A DNA stretch of 64,000 nucleotides from a virus: IMG/VR virus record IMGVR_UViG_3300024259_000016, positions 32,001 through 96,000 of that record; one strand, written 5' to 3'. The notes below the pieces were generated by a model. It searched no databases and had not been told where the DNA came from. It saw nothing but the letters and a program-made list of their open reading frames with translations. Below, in pieces: positions 9,937 through 19,074 of the stretch. Positions within the stretch are counted from its first letter, which is position 1; each line of letters begins with the position of its first letter. Made by a program: the position numbers and the translations under genes.

Positions 9937-10476
9937 CTACTCGTCGTCAGTAGCACAATCGGTGCACATGCCAGCTTCATCATCGAAACAATCGTGGCAG
10001 ACCATCAGGCCACAGATGTCGCACTCTTCCGTGTCGTCCTCGTCGACATCCTGCTTGCACACTGGGCATTCAACCTCAACAGGCTCTTCGTTGAAGTCGG
10101 CCGGCTCGGTCTCACCTCGTCGCTTAACCACGATCAGGGTACCCTCGTGTAGCTCGGCGGTCTCCATGTGAGCCATGCCATCCGACGGGTGGGGCATGTG
10201 CAGCAGCAGATGACCATCAGGCGTCCGCCGCATCGTGAACACGAAACAGCCCCGAGGGTCACCTACCGACACGCAGCAGGACACCTCATCTTTGTCTGGG
10301 TCAGCTGTGATCCGAGCAGAGTTGAGCCAGGACAAACCACCTCGGCATTCACCATACCCATTCTCGGCGTCGGGATTGGAGATCCTGACCGTCAGCTCTT
10401 CTCCTGGCTCTCGCTCATCCATCAGCCCCCCGGCGTATTCCCCATCAACTTCAGGTATCAATCTCACATCGCTCAT
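9937..10476 (-). CDS. Hypothetical protein with C-terminal CxxC cluster
   Basis: AGGAGG RBS; four Cys pairs. Confidence 0.75.
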   Translation of the reverse strand: MSDVRLIPEVDGEYAGGLMDEREPGEELTVRISNPDAENGYGECRGGLSWLNSARITADPDKDEVSCCVSVGDPRGCFVFTMRRTPDGHLLLHMPHPSDGMAHMETAELHEGTLIVVKRRGETEPADFNEEPVEVECPVCKQDVDEDDTEECDICGLMVCHDCFDDEAGMCTDCATDDE

Positions 10477-10489
10477 TGTCCTCCCTCCT

Positions 10490-10999
10490 TTAGTATCCCA
10501 TCCTGGCTTCCCAGGCTTCCTCAGCAGCCCACTCAGCACGCATCCCAATCCGCTTCCTCACCCGGGCACAATTCGGATCGTCCGGTGAGGGTACAGGCTC
10601 GACACGACGGCCACCGCAGCCGTAGCACGGCACATCGTAGTCACCCCTCATGTAGCTCCGCTGAAACTCAGGGCCCAGCTCAGCCATCTCCGAACCTGTA
10701 ATCCCATCGGCATCTATACCGGGATTGACATGGCTGCCTCGGCCATCACATACCGTACAAACTTCCCAGACAATGTAGACCTCAACAGACTCGGTGCAGT
10801 TGCCACAGTCGGCTCCAACACATCGAGTCGGAGCAAGATGGACCCCCTGCTCTTGTTTCTCTTGGTCTCCATAGCAAGGCCGGTCCCCAGCCTCTACTGG
10901 CAGCTCCACCCGACAGGTCATCCCCTTCTCGTCGAGGCTGTCCTTATCGTACCAGCAGGTCATGTAGCTTGCCCTGTCCCTACAATCAGAGTGGAACAT
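10490..10999 (-). CDS. DnaJ-like zinc-finger (CxxCxGxG) phage protein
   Basis: CTVCDGRG and CYGCGG motifs. Confidence 0.7.
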   Translation of the reverse strand: MFHSDCRDRASYMTCWYDKDSLDEKGMTCRVELPVEAGDRPCYGDQEKQEQGVHLAPTRCVGADCGNCTESVEVYIVWEVCTVCDGRGSHVNPGIDADGITGSEMAELGPEFQRSYMRGDYDVPCYGCGGRRVEPVPSPDDPNCARVRKRIGMRAEWAAEEAWEARMGY

Positions 11000-11556
11000 C
11001 AGGCAGGCACCTCGATCTTCGCACCACCCACCTTATCAATCAGGTCTTGCAGCTCACGGCAGGCTTCCCCAACCATCTGCCCGTAGTAGCCCCCTGCCTC
11101 CTTGAACCCCTTTTCATCCTTGTAGCTGCAGGCGCCGAGGAAGGCTGAACCGTACAAGCCCTTATAGGTGGCACGTACCTCGACCTTGGCCCAGGCCCAG
11201 ACATCTCCCCCCTCAAGCCGACGGATGATCTCGTCCTCGACTTCCTTGTCGTAGGCATCATCCCCGCTTGCCATAGCGTTGCCCCGAACAGGGATGTCAT
11301 CCTCCGGCTGCACATGCAACGTGATCTCAGGCTGCACCTTGGCTGCCACAGGCTGAAGGTCATAGACCCGACCGGTCCAGTCGCAGTCGTTGCAAACCAC
11401 GGTGGCCCCATCCTCAATCGGGAACTCAGTACCAACCAGGTGTTCATCCAGCAACGCCAGGTCCATGACCCCGTCCCACTTGAAGGTCGCAGGCAGCTGG
11501 ATAACAAACCTGGGCTCGGCCTCACCGCAGTCGGGGCAGCAGACTTGCCTACTCAT
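10999..11556 (-). CDS. Zinc-ribbon fusion protein
   Basis: CPDC...TEFPIE...CNDCDWTG, followed by a second domain (LGACSY). Confidence 0.75.
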   Translation of the reverse strand: MSRQVCCPDCGEAEPRFVIQLPATFKWDGVMDLALLDEHLVGTEFPIEDGATVVCNDCDWTGRVYDLQPVAAKVQPEITLHVQPEDDIPVRGNAMASGDDAYDKEVEDEIIRRLEGGDVWAWAKVEVRATYKGLYGSAFLGACSYKDEKGFKEAGGYYGQMVGEACRELQDLIDKVGGAKIEVPA

Positions 11557-11986
11557 AAGTTATCTCCTTTGCTACCTTCAGAGCCACATCAGCCAGCAGC
11601 TCACAACCAGCCTCGCTGGCTTTCTCGAGGCGGTCATCGTCCTCGCCGGCTGCCTCGAACAGCGGCGTGACCTCCTTGTCGTAGCGTTTCTTGATCATTT
11701 TGATGGCCAGGGCCAGGGCGCCGTTGTACTCAGGCCTGTAATAATCCCACAGCAGATCACGGTCCTCTTTACTGGCCTTATCATCTTGATGCTCAGGCAA
11801 GAATTCAGAGAGACCGATCGTATCACCCTCGTCACACCAGGTATCGATGGTTCGGCGGTCAGCCCACTCATCCGGCCTGGCCCCATCATAGAACCAGTGC
11901 TCAATCTGTTCTTCAGTGAGTACAGCCTTCACATCTTCCCGTGCCCACCGTTCAGCCAGCTCTCGGGCGCCTCGATACAGAGTCAT
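11549..11986 (-). CDS. Acidic hypothetical protein
   Basis: ATG 11986 in an ATGA overlap with a short upstream ORF. Confidence 0.7.
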   Translation of the reverse strand: MTLYRGARELAERWAREDVKAVLTEEQIEHWFYDGARPDEWADRRTIDTWCDEGDTIGLSEFLPEHQDDKASKEDRDLLWDYYRPEYNGALALAIKMIKKRYDKEVTPLFEAAGEDDDRLEKASEAGCELLADVALKVAKEITYE

Positions 11987-12204
11987 GCGCGCCGCCGATC
12001 TTGCATCCACATAGGCTCGTCGATGAAGAACATCAGCTCCCATCCCCCCCATCATCAGGGCTGGGGTCCTCAACAACTTTGTCTGGGTCGAAGAACTCGT
12101 CGCCCTCAAACTTGTCCACCACCTGGCGGCACAGCTTGATCAGCTCTGCCCTGGCGAGGGTCTCCCCCTTCTCTGGACTCAGATGCACATCGTACTCCCG
12201 CTCT

Positions 12205-13137
12205 CTACTCCTCCTCGGTGATCTGATCGGGGTGAGGGCCTTCCTTGGCCACCCACTTACGAAATTGCTGTGATCTCTCGTCCGATTTATAGGCGGTGAT
12301 GCTCACGTCTGGCTGGACATCCCCCACATGAAACACCTCCCAATCAGGCCCATGGTTGCCACCAATGTCGACGTTGCCCCGGCTGAAGGGCTTAACACGC
12401 AGGCCAAAGCCGGCAGGGCCCTCGCCCCCGCTCACTGCAAAGCCGTAGCGTCCATCCTTGGACTTGACCCAGATCTCCCGGGCATCGTTGGGCCACAGGG
12501 AGACTCGGGCCAGCGACAGCAGGGAGTCCGGCTGCTCAACCAGGTCGACGTACTTTTCAAGGCGTTGGTCGACGTTGTCGAGCACCTCCCCCCCGATGAC
12601 CTCGGTCTCGGGGCAGGCATCCGAGTACTCGAGCGACGTGCGGATGGCCTCAATGGCCGTGCTGCCGGCGATGGCGTCCGCCACGCACTGCTCAACGTCC
12701 TCGCGCTGATCGTCGAGGCACTGCACCTCGATCTCAACGAACACCCGATGGCGCACCACTTCGATCTCTTTCCACTTGAGCACCACGTAGATGTTTGGCT
12801 GCTCCTCGGGCGGCACCCAGCCGATCTCCTCGTCAACATGTTCTTCAGGCATCGGATTGCCCTTCTTGTTGACAGGCCAGAACAGTGTCGGATCAGCCTC
12901 ATGCGCGCGGGTTAACTCAGCGTCCAGGGCAGCACCGATCTGCTCATTCCCAACCCCATCAGGCACACCGTCCCAGGTATGCTCGCTGCCCATCAGGTCT
13001 TCGACAGCCGCACCGGCATCACCCCAGTTCGGCGAGCAATACAACAACAGCTCACCATCCCTGTTGTGCCCATCCTGCAGATAGCAAGGGGAGCACTTAT
13101 CGACGAAGTCAGCCGTCACTTCATACTTCTTGGTCAT
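12205..13137 (-). CDS. Acidic hypothetical protein
   Basis: 310 aa, ATGA overlap. Confidence 0.75.
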   Translation of the reverse strand: MTKKYEVTADFVDKCSPCYLQDGHNRDGELLLYCSPNWGDAGAAVEDLMGSEHTWDGVPDGVGNEQIGAALDAELTRAHEADPTLFWPVNKKGNPMPEEHVDEEIGWVPPEEQPNIYVVLKWKEIEVVRHRVFVEIEVQCLDDQREDVEQCVADAIAGSTAIEAIRTSLEYSDACPETEVIGGEVLDNVDQRLEKYVDLVEQPDSLLSLARVSLWPNDAREIWVKSKDGRYGFAVSGGEGPAGFGLRVKPFSRGNVDIGGNHGPDWEVFHVGDVQPDVSITAYKSDERSQQFRKWVAKEGPHPDQITEEE

Positions 13138-13475
13138 AACCACTCTCCATTGATCTTGATGGCTGTACATCCAGCATTCGGCATACCGAAGTCATCGAGG
13201 GGCTCGAAGCCGCTGTACTCCCCATAGATTATCCCTTCGTAGTGGCAGTTACCGTCGTCGTCATACAGACTGAACCTGGCTGCATTCCCCCTCACCTCGG
13301 AATTGAGGTTGGATGGTCCCTTCGTCCCTACGGCACTGTTATCCCAGTCAGACCCATCGGCCCGCTTCGCGCCGTGCTTTTTGATAGATCTCTCGAGGAG
13401 TCTATCGCGGGTGACCTCCCAGCGGTAAAAGGCCTCGCCATTAGCATCTACCTCAGGTACATTCCACAGGCCCAT
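13134..13475 (-). CDS. Hypothetical protein (LYDDDG...FEPLDDFGMPNAGCT)
   Basis: TGATG overlap. Confidence 0.75.
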   Translation of the reverse strand: MGLWNVPEVDANGEAFYRWEVTRDRLLERSIKKHGAKRADGSDWDNSAVGTKGPSNLNSEVRGNAARFSLYDDDGNCHYEGIIYGEYSGFEPLDDFGMPNAGCTAIKINGEWL

Positions 13476-13816
13476 CAGGTATGCACACTCCAACCATCCT
13501 GCGGTGTCAAACAAACGGACAGGGTTGGTGCCCCACCATCTCCACCATTGTCATGCCGGCCATGCCAAATTAAACCGCCGGAAAACCAGTGACGATACTC
13601 TCCATCTTCCCCTCTCTGCTCCATTGCAAAGGAGAAGGACAGTGGCGCAAAGTCGGTACCGAGATGGCACCTGGTAGCCTCCGGATCTCCATGGCAGGCA
13701 TACTCGGCGAGGTAAGTCAGTTCCCCCTCCAGCTGCTCCCTCATCTCTACCCCAAGCTTGTCCGCCGCGGCTCTCACCTCGGCCAGATACTCTTCACACC
13801 TATCAATTATTAGCAT
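13475..13816 (-). CDS. DUF4120-family protein
   Basis: DFAPLSFSF...GGLIWHG...GWSVHT signature, recalled from conjugative elements. Confidence 0.7.
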   Translation of the reverse strand: MLIIDRCEEYLAEVRAAADKLGVEMREQLEGELTYLAEYACHGDPEATRCHLGTDFAPLSFSFAMEQRGEDGEYRHWFSGGLIWHGRHDNGGDGGAPTLSVCLTPQDGWSVHT

Positions 13817-14187
13817 TAGCTTACCACCCCATTGAGTTCTTTTATCAGGCCGAGGACAATACCAGTTACCTCGGCCGCTGACATTTGGGGACGTGCCCCC
13901 CATCGACCTTCTAATGCACTCATGAGAGACAGCTGACCAGCGATCCAAGAGGGCATCATCTCGTCCGGGGTCAGGTCAGAAATGAACACCGAGGGACGTC
14001 CTATTCGTGCCAAAGAGAACGGCATCTTCAGGACGACCAGCAGGTCAGCCTCGGGCACCTCTGTTTTGTCGTTGGCCGCCAGGTACCCTTTGACAGGTAT
14101 CAGCAGAAACTTGCAGTCACCACGGTCCACGATCAGGGAGAAACCTGTCTCCTTGGCGAGCATCCACATCCTTTGTGCATCAGTCAT
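13816..14187 (-). CDS. Hypothetical protein
   Basis: GAGGAGG RBS, TAATG overlap. Confidence 0.7.
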   Translation of the reverse strand: MTDAQRMWMLAKETGFSLIVDRGDCKFLLIPVKGYLAANDKTEVPEADLLVVLKMPFSLARIGRPSVFISDLTPDEMMPSWIAGQLSLMSALEGRWGARPQMSAAEVTGIVLGLIKELNGVVS

Positions 14188-14190
14188 GGG

Positions 14191-14601
14191 TTATTCCTCC
14201 TCGAGGCTGATGTTCATACGCAAGGACAAGGACTCATCGCACCCGGGGCACTTAATCTTACGGACAACCCTGGCCACCTTACGGACAGGCCTCTCCTTCT
14301 TCCGACGCCGTTCTACCTCAGCGAATGCTTGGGCAGGGTGCAGGAATGAATGTTCAATGGAATTGTGCCCCCCGTCACTGGTACGCACGGCAGGCTCTCC
14401 AAGATCGTCAGAAGGGGACGGGGGAACAAGAACGTCGTCTACCGTATCGAAGAAGCTCATGTAGACCTTGTTTGTTCCTTCCATCACGAAGAAGTAACGG
14501 AACATCCCCCCTCTGGTCATGCACACAGGCATCCCATAGATAGGCTTGCCACCCCACTCACCGACCTTGCGGCCGGCGGTCCTGGTTGTCTTTCTCCTCA
14601 T
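14191..14601 (-). CDS. Basic hypothetical protein with C-terminal CPGC
   Basis: ORF within the operon. Confidence 0.65.
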   Translation of the reverse strand: MRRKTTRTAGRKVGEWGGKPIYGMPVCMTRGGMFRYFFVMEGTNKVYMSFFDTVDDVLVPPSPSDDLGEPAVRTSDGGHNSIEHSFLHPAQAFAEVERRRKKERPVRKVARVVRKIKCPGCDESLSLRMNISLEEE

Positions 14602-14605
14602 CAGA

Positions 14606-14737
14606 TCACCAGGTTCCCGTACCTACACAGTTCAGCAGCCAAGGTTGTCGGCCCAACCATATCAGAGCGAACAACAACACCAAGGAGATCAGGAGCAGGC
14701 CCCAGATGTGCATGTCGCTGCGCTGCCGCGGTGTCAT
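14606..14737 (-). CDS. Small single-pass membrane protein
   Basis: ATGA overlap; IWGLLLISLVLLFALIWL. Confidence 0.6.
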   Translation of the reverse strand: MTPRQRSDMHIWGLLLISLVLLFALIWLGRQPWLLNCVGTGTW

Positions 14738-15099
14738 AGGACCACCAGCCCAACCATAATCAGGAAGCCAAACCAACCGGCCGCGGCGAGCCAATAAGCC
14801 CGCCGGACATCCCCCTGCAGGACCTTGATGGTCCCTATACCATCACGCACGGCCGTCTCCTGCTCGCACAGGGACTCGTACATCTCCTCGTTTCCTACGA
14901 GTAGGCTATCCCGGTTCACACGCACGGCTTCCAGCGATCCCCGAAGCCCCTTGTTCAGGCTCTTCAGCTCGGCAGCCTGCTTGTGGCATCGGCGTCCATC
15001 CTTACGGGCTGAGTTCAGCTCCCGCTCCAACCCTTGGATCATCTCATCACGGCGTAATGCCGCAGCCTCGTCTTTCTTCGCACGATTCCTCTCACTCAT
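14734..15099 (-). CDS. Coiled-coil protein with C-terminal transmembrane anchor
   Basis: Heptad-rich body followed by WLAAAGWFGFLIMVGLVVL. Confidence 0.7.
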   Translation of the reverse strand: MSERNRAKKDEAAALRRDEMIQGLERELNSARKDGRRCHKQAAELKSLNKGLRGSLEAVRVNRDSLLVGNEEMYESLCEQETAVRDGIGTIKVLQGDVRRAYWLAAAGWFGFLIMVGLVVL

Positions 15100-15473
15100 G
15101 ACAAGTCCTCTGCCTGCAATGCAGCTGTTAACTCAGCCAAGAAAAGACCAAAGTCCTCATATACCTGCCCAGGGTCTGATGACCGGTGTGCCCGCTGGCG
15201 GGCTGTATTGTACGATCCTGGAAAGGCACCACTGAGGGTCATCTCCGAGAAGGCATTAGTCATGTTGTCAGGTAGAAGTAAGTGAAGGAACCAGACATGC
15301 AGATTGTGGTCCGAGTTGTTAGTGTCTGTCTCAGCTGCCAACAAGGTTATGTTGCGTATGGTCACAGGCATCCCGTATGGGTACCGACTCTTCGGGAACA
15401 TCTGCTTGAACCGTTTGAACTGATCCCTGCAAGGATACAAGGAGGCCAGAGCTTCATGGGTGATGTGCCTCAT
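15096..15473 (-). CDS. Hypothetical protein
   Basis: ATGA overlaps. Confidence 0.65.
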   Translation of the reverse strand: MRHITHEALASLYPCRDQFKRFKQMFPKSRYPYGMPVTIRNITLLAAETDTNNSDHNLHVWFLHLLLPDNMTNAFSEMTLSGAFPGSYNTARQRAHRSSDPGQVYEDFGLFLAELTAALQAEDLS

Positions 15474-15670
15474 CGAACTAGCATCCTGTCGAGCAGCTCC
15501 CCGAACTCCCCGTCAATAGAGACGGGCTTGCCGGAGGTCTTGCGACCCTTCCCCTTCTTACCCTTCTTGCGGCGCTTCCACCTGTCCCGCCGATTCTTCT
15601 TCTCATTCAACCCCATGTCAGACAGGTCTTGGAAGACAGGGCCCTCTACTTCGGTCTTCTTCAGAGACAT
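15470..15670 (-). CDS. Small Lys/Arg-rich protein, possibly nucleic-acid binding
   Basis: KKNRRDRWKRRKKGKKGKGRK. Confidence 0.65.
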   Translation of the reverse strand: MSLKKTEVEGPVFQDLSDMGLNEKKNRRDRWKRRKKGKKGKGRKTSGKPVSIDGEFGELLDRMLVR

Positions 15671-15673
15671 GGT

Positions 15674-16015
15674 CTACCCCTCGATCCCGCGGATGAAGTT
15701 GATCATATGAGACAGGGCCGCGGCATCCCCGTCGTACCTGAGCCTCAGCTTCTCCATCATATAGTTCGGGTGGATCCAGCAGCCCTGGGGCAACCACATG
15801 CTGGCGTGGAAATTGACCACGGATAGTAGATCATGGGCCGTGGGCTCGGTCATTGGCGCCAGAGTCAGGCACACCTCGTAGCTGGTGGCATTACCCGGCT
15901 CGTAGAGGAACATCCGGGTGTCTGGATGATGCAAGCGGCGTTGCTCATTGACTGGATGAAACATTTCAGCCAGCGCCTCATTGCAGATAGCAGTGTGCAT
16001 GCTTGGACGTGGCAT
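15674..16015 (-). CDS. Hypothetical protein (YEPGNATSY motif)
   Basis: ATG two nt after the upstream stop. Confidence 0.65.
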   Translation of the reverse strand: MPRPSMHTAICNEALAEMFHPVNEQRRLHHPDTRMFLYEPGNATSYEVCLTLAPMTEPTAHDLLSVVNFHASMWLPQGCWIHPNYMMEKLRLRYDGDAAALSHMINFIRGIEG

Positions 16016-16016
16016 C

Positions 16017-16940
16017 CTACTTGCCCCCCCTGCCGACGAAGGTGTAGACCGGGCGGGCAACCTTGCCCGAAGCAAACCTGTTCCCTACCCTCTTCTGGAC
16101 GAGCTCACGGTCAATACGAACCTGCCCCATGGCAGGCCGGTGGCGCAGGGTGGGCTGCTGCTTCCCCTTCACATCCCCCCCCATCCCCAGCCTCATCTGC
16201 TCAACCTTCTCCTTCTCCTGCTCCTTGCGTGCACGTACCAGCTCAGCCCGGGCAGCTTTCTCGACCTTCAGTGCCCTGGCGGCCTGCCCCAGCACGTCAT
16301 CCAGCATGGCCCTGCCTGCCTTGCTCATCCCTTTACGTACCCCAGGCCTGTCCAGCATCTTCAGGTCCCGCCCAGCCCTCTCCACGGCGTCCTGGGCAGC
16401 CATAAGGCCTGCCATCGGGCTGTCACCCCGGCTCCGAGCTGTCAACAGGCCTTGAGTCGTCACAATCTGACCTGCTTTCCCCGGGGCACGGGAGGCCACC
16501 AGCATGTGCTCAGCCTCCAGGTACCAGCCCAGAGCTTTCTCCAGCCCGCACAAGGCCGCATCCAACCGAACATCAGGCTCGGCATCCCACTTCTTGCGAG
16601 CCACCCAGATTTCTTCAAGCCTCGCCTTGAATCGGGCCCCCCGCCTACGGATCGCGTGCATATCCTCAGAGAACCGGGCGTTCAGCGCATCCACGCGCGC
16701 CTCGATTTCCTCAGCGTCCCGCCGGCTCATCACCACCTGACCCACCTCGACATCCACAACAGGTGAGGGCAGGCATACGCCAGTAGCCTCAACATCTTGA
16801 GTCAGCGCAGGGCTGGTGCCCCTACACTCCAACGAATTATCCCCCATCACCCGGGGGTCTGCATCAACAGCAGCACTCTGCTGGGCCTGCTTAGTCACCT
16901 TACGGCGGAGCTGTACGCCCAGGGCCACGAATTTACACAT
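16017..16940 (-). CDS. Ala/Arg-rich coiled-coil hypothetical protein
   Basis: GAGGAG RBS, 307 aa. Confidence 0.7.
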   Translation of the reverse strand: MCKFVALGVQLRRKVTKQAQQSAAVDADPRVMGDNSLECRGTSPALTQDVEATGVCLPSPVVDVEVGQVVMSRRDAEEIEARVDALNARFSEDMHAIRRRGARFKARLEEIWVARKKWDAEPDVRLDAALCGLEKALGWYLEAEHMLVASRAPGKAGQIVTTQGLLTARSRGDSPMAGLMAAQDAVERAGRDLKMLDRPGVRKGMSKAGRAMLDDVLGQAARALKVEKAARAELVRARKEQEKEKVEQMRLGMGGDVKGKQQPTLRHRPAMGQVRIDRELVQKRVGNRFASGKVARPVYTFVGRGGK

Positions 16941-16986
16941 GGCATTTCTCCTCGATTGTTTTGAAGTACTACAGATGAATCAGGTA

Positions 16987-17385
16987 CTACCCGTAAACGA
17001 CAGAACCAAAAAGGCAGAGCTGGAGGAATACATCCCCCGTAGTGGCATCATCGTTCTCCGCCATGAAGTCACCCCAGTGGCGGGTGTACTTCTGCTGCAT
17101 CAGCGCCAGCCCCTTCTCGATGGCGGCCTTGTCCAGCTTGTAGCGGCTGTCGGGGTCATCATCGGTGGAGAACACCACCGAGCAGCCCTCCACAAACGGG
17201 ATCAGCTGCGACGGGTGCCAGTAGGTCTCTCCCGTCTGGCTCCCCCCCTCCTGGAAGTCCTTGTGGGTGAGGCCATCGCGCAGCTCTTCGCCGACGATCT
17301 GGTACCAGTAGTTGCTGCCGCCCTCCAGGGCACAGCACAACAGGCCCCGAATCTTGTCATCGGGAATGCTAATCTTGACGTCCAT
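16987..17385 (-). CDS. Phage hypothetical protein (ALEGGSNYW...DVFLQLCLFGSVVYG)
   Basis: Strong AAAGGAG RBS, GC3-rich codons. Confidence 0.8.
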   Translation of the reverse strand: MDVKISIPDDKIRGLLCCALEGGSNYWYQIVGEELRDGLTHKDFQEGGSQTGETYWHPSQLIPFVEGCSVVFSTDDDPDSRYKLDKAAIEKGLALMQQKYTRHWGDFMAENDDATTGDVFLQLCLFGSVVYG

Positions 17386-17408
17386 CTCTGTCTCCTTTGT
17401 TGTTGAAA

Positions 17409-17750
17409 CTACAGGCGATCCCAGTTGTACGGGCGGTTGACCATGTCAGGCTCATCGACCAGCTCTTCAGGCTCATGGTCGACGTAGGGGGGCACCACCC
17501 AGGTGTAGCCGTGCCGGCTGATGAAGATCACCCGTCCGGCCTCATGCAAGCGCTTGACGCAGGTGAACACAGCCTGCTCAAACTCCCCCCACCCCCCCAG
17601 CTCCTCATTCTCATCCCCCCACCCCAGGTCGGAGGCCTCCGGTGTAGGCCTGCCGGCGTACATCAACGGGATCGGGTATGGGAACCTGGCCCCACCTGGC
17701 ATCCAGCGGATCATCTCGTACACTTTCTTCTCATCGATCTTGAATTCCAT
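17409..17750 (-). CDS. Hypothetical protein
   Basis: GGAGG RBS. Confidence 0.75.
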   Translation of the reverse strand: MEFKIDEKKVYEMIRWMPGGARFPYPIPLMYAGRPTPEASDLGWGDENEELGGWGEFEQAVFTCVKRLHEAGRVIFISRHGYTWVVPPYVDHEPEELVDEPDMVNRPYNWDRL

Positions 17751-17752
17751 GG

Positions 17753-18013
17753 TTACCTCCGGGCGTCCGGGTGGGGTTCAGGGCAGAAGTGCAGCTCCCA
17801 GCACAGCAGCTCAGTGCATCCCGCACACCCAGCCCGCTCAGGCTGGCTGCAGTCAGGCCCGCGGTCCAGCTCCCCCAGCTCGGCGGCCTCCAGGCACACA
17901 GGCATCACGTACCCGGGCCCTTTGAGCAGCCGGGCCAGGCACCGGGCGTTGTCACACCCCCCGCACATGGCGACCTGCTTATCCTCTTCAATTCTCACGG
18001 CATTGCTCATCAT
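17753..18013 (-). CDS. Small Cys-rich protein
   Basis: ATGA overlap, many Cys. Confidence 0.6.
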   Translation of the reverse strand: MMSNAVRIEEDKQVAMCGGCDNARCLARLLKGPGYVMPVCLEAAELGELDRGPDCSQPERAGCAGCTELLCWELHFCPEPHPDARR

Positions 18014-18234
18014 TTGATCTCCTCGACATCCACCGCGGCTGCAGCTGGTCCCATCCATCGGACCGCCTCGGCCAGGTTGTTAAACCGCATGGACCTGGCG
18101 TAGGCATCCAGGGCGCCCTTCTCGCTCAGGGCTGTGTGGGTCCCCAGCAGGAGGCCAGAGCGGTGCCCCCTGATCTCGTAGGTCTTGAGCTTGACTTCGG
18201 TGGGGCCGAAGAATATCCGTGTTGTCTTAGGCAT
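18010..18234 (-). CDS. Small hypothetical protein
   Basis: TGATG overlap, GGAGG RBS. Confidence 0.65.
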   Translation of the reverse strand: MPKTTRIFFGPTEVKLKTYEIRGHRSGLLLGTHTALSEKGALDAYARSMRFNNLAEAVRWMGPAAAAVDVEEIK

Positions 18235-18497
18235 CAGCAGTCCTCCCCCCAGCAGCCCCAACAGTCAGAGCTGGGCTCGCAGCCCGAGGGGCAACGCAGG
18301 CCCTGGGCCTGCTCACGCCCCCACTGCCCGACCACGGCCTGCTTGTCCTGCTCCAGGTTGCTCTTGAACTTCTGGCAGATCCCGAAGCAATCGAGCGGGG
18401 TGTACTGCTTGTAGGCAGAAACATCCGGGAAGGTTCGGCCGATGAGGCTGGCCAGTTCTTCGCGGGTCAGGTTCTGATCCAATTCGTTGAAGGTCAT
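18234..18497 (-). CDS. Small protein with Cys-rich C-terminus
   Basis: GGAG RBS. Confidence 0.65.
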   Translation of the reverse strand: MTFNELDQNLTREELASLIGRTFPDVSAYKQYTPLDCFGICQKFKSNLEQDKQAVVGQWGREQAQGLRCPSGCEPSSDCWGCWGEDC

Positions 18498-18512
18498 GAA
18501 CTTTTCTCCATG

Positions 18513-18947
18513 TCAGGCGACGAGCCAGTCGCATCCGGCGGCTCTGGCGGCATCCACTTGCAGGCTACTACACACCTGTATCGCGACACACCGCATGGTA
18601 ATCTCGGACTGGAATTGGCCAGCTACCCTATCTCTGATCAGGTGGGGCAAGGGCAGGTCAGTCCAGGCCTCCGACTCGAAGACCAGATAGGCCGGCGTGG
18701 ACATCCTGGGCAACTCGAACAGCTCAGGGAACAATACCTCATCAGCTGGACTGACAAGGAGCTGATCTTCGTGCACCCACCTGGCCGGGGCCATCTGATC
18801 AACCCAGATTTCAGGGGGCTGGGACCGGACAACCAGGTCAGGCAGTGAAGTAACCCTGTCCAGGCCACGACACCAAGGATCCGCCGGCAGCTCCTCCAGG
18901 AGCAGTGCCCCGAGGATCAGGAAGACGAGCAGAGCGAAGATGAACAT
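18513..18947 (-). CDS. Membrane-anchored protein, first gene of the long leftward operon
   Basis: GGAGG RBS; N-terminal MFIFALLVFLILGALLL. Confidence 0.65.
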   Translation of the reverse strand: MFIFALLVFLILGALLLEELPADPWCRGLDRVTSLPDLVVRSQPPEIWVDQMAPARWVHEDQLLVSPADEVLFPELFELPRMSTPAYLVFESEAWTDLPLPHLIRDRVAGQFQSEITMRCVAIQVCSSLQVDAARAAGCDWLVA

Positions 18948-19074
18948 GCTACCTCCAGTTGAAGGTTAGGGGAGATCATTGAATTTGCAGGTGATTCAAG
19001 TTGCTGGCTACCCCTCGCACACGCGGGAGTTCACTAGTAGGTGAGCCTACTTAGGCGGAGCTAACTCCCCAGGT

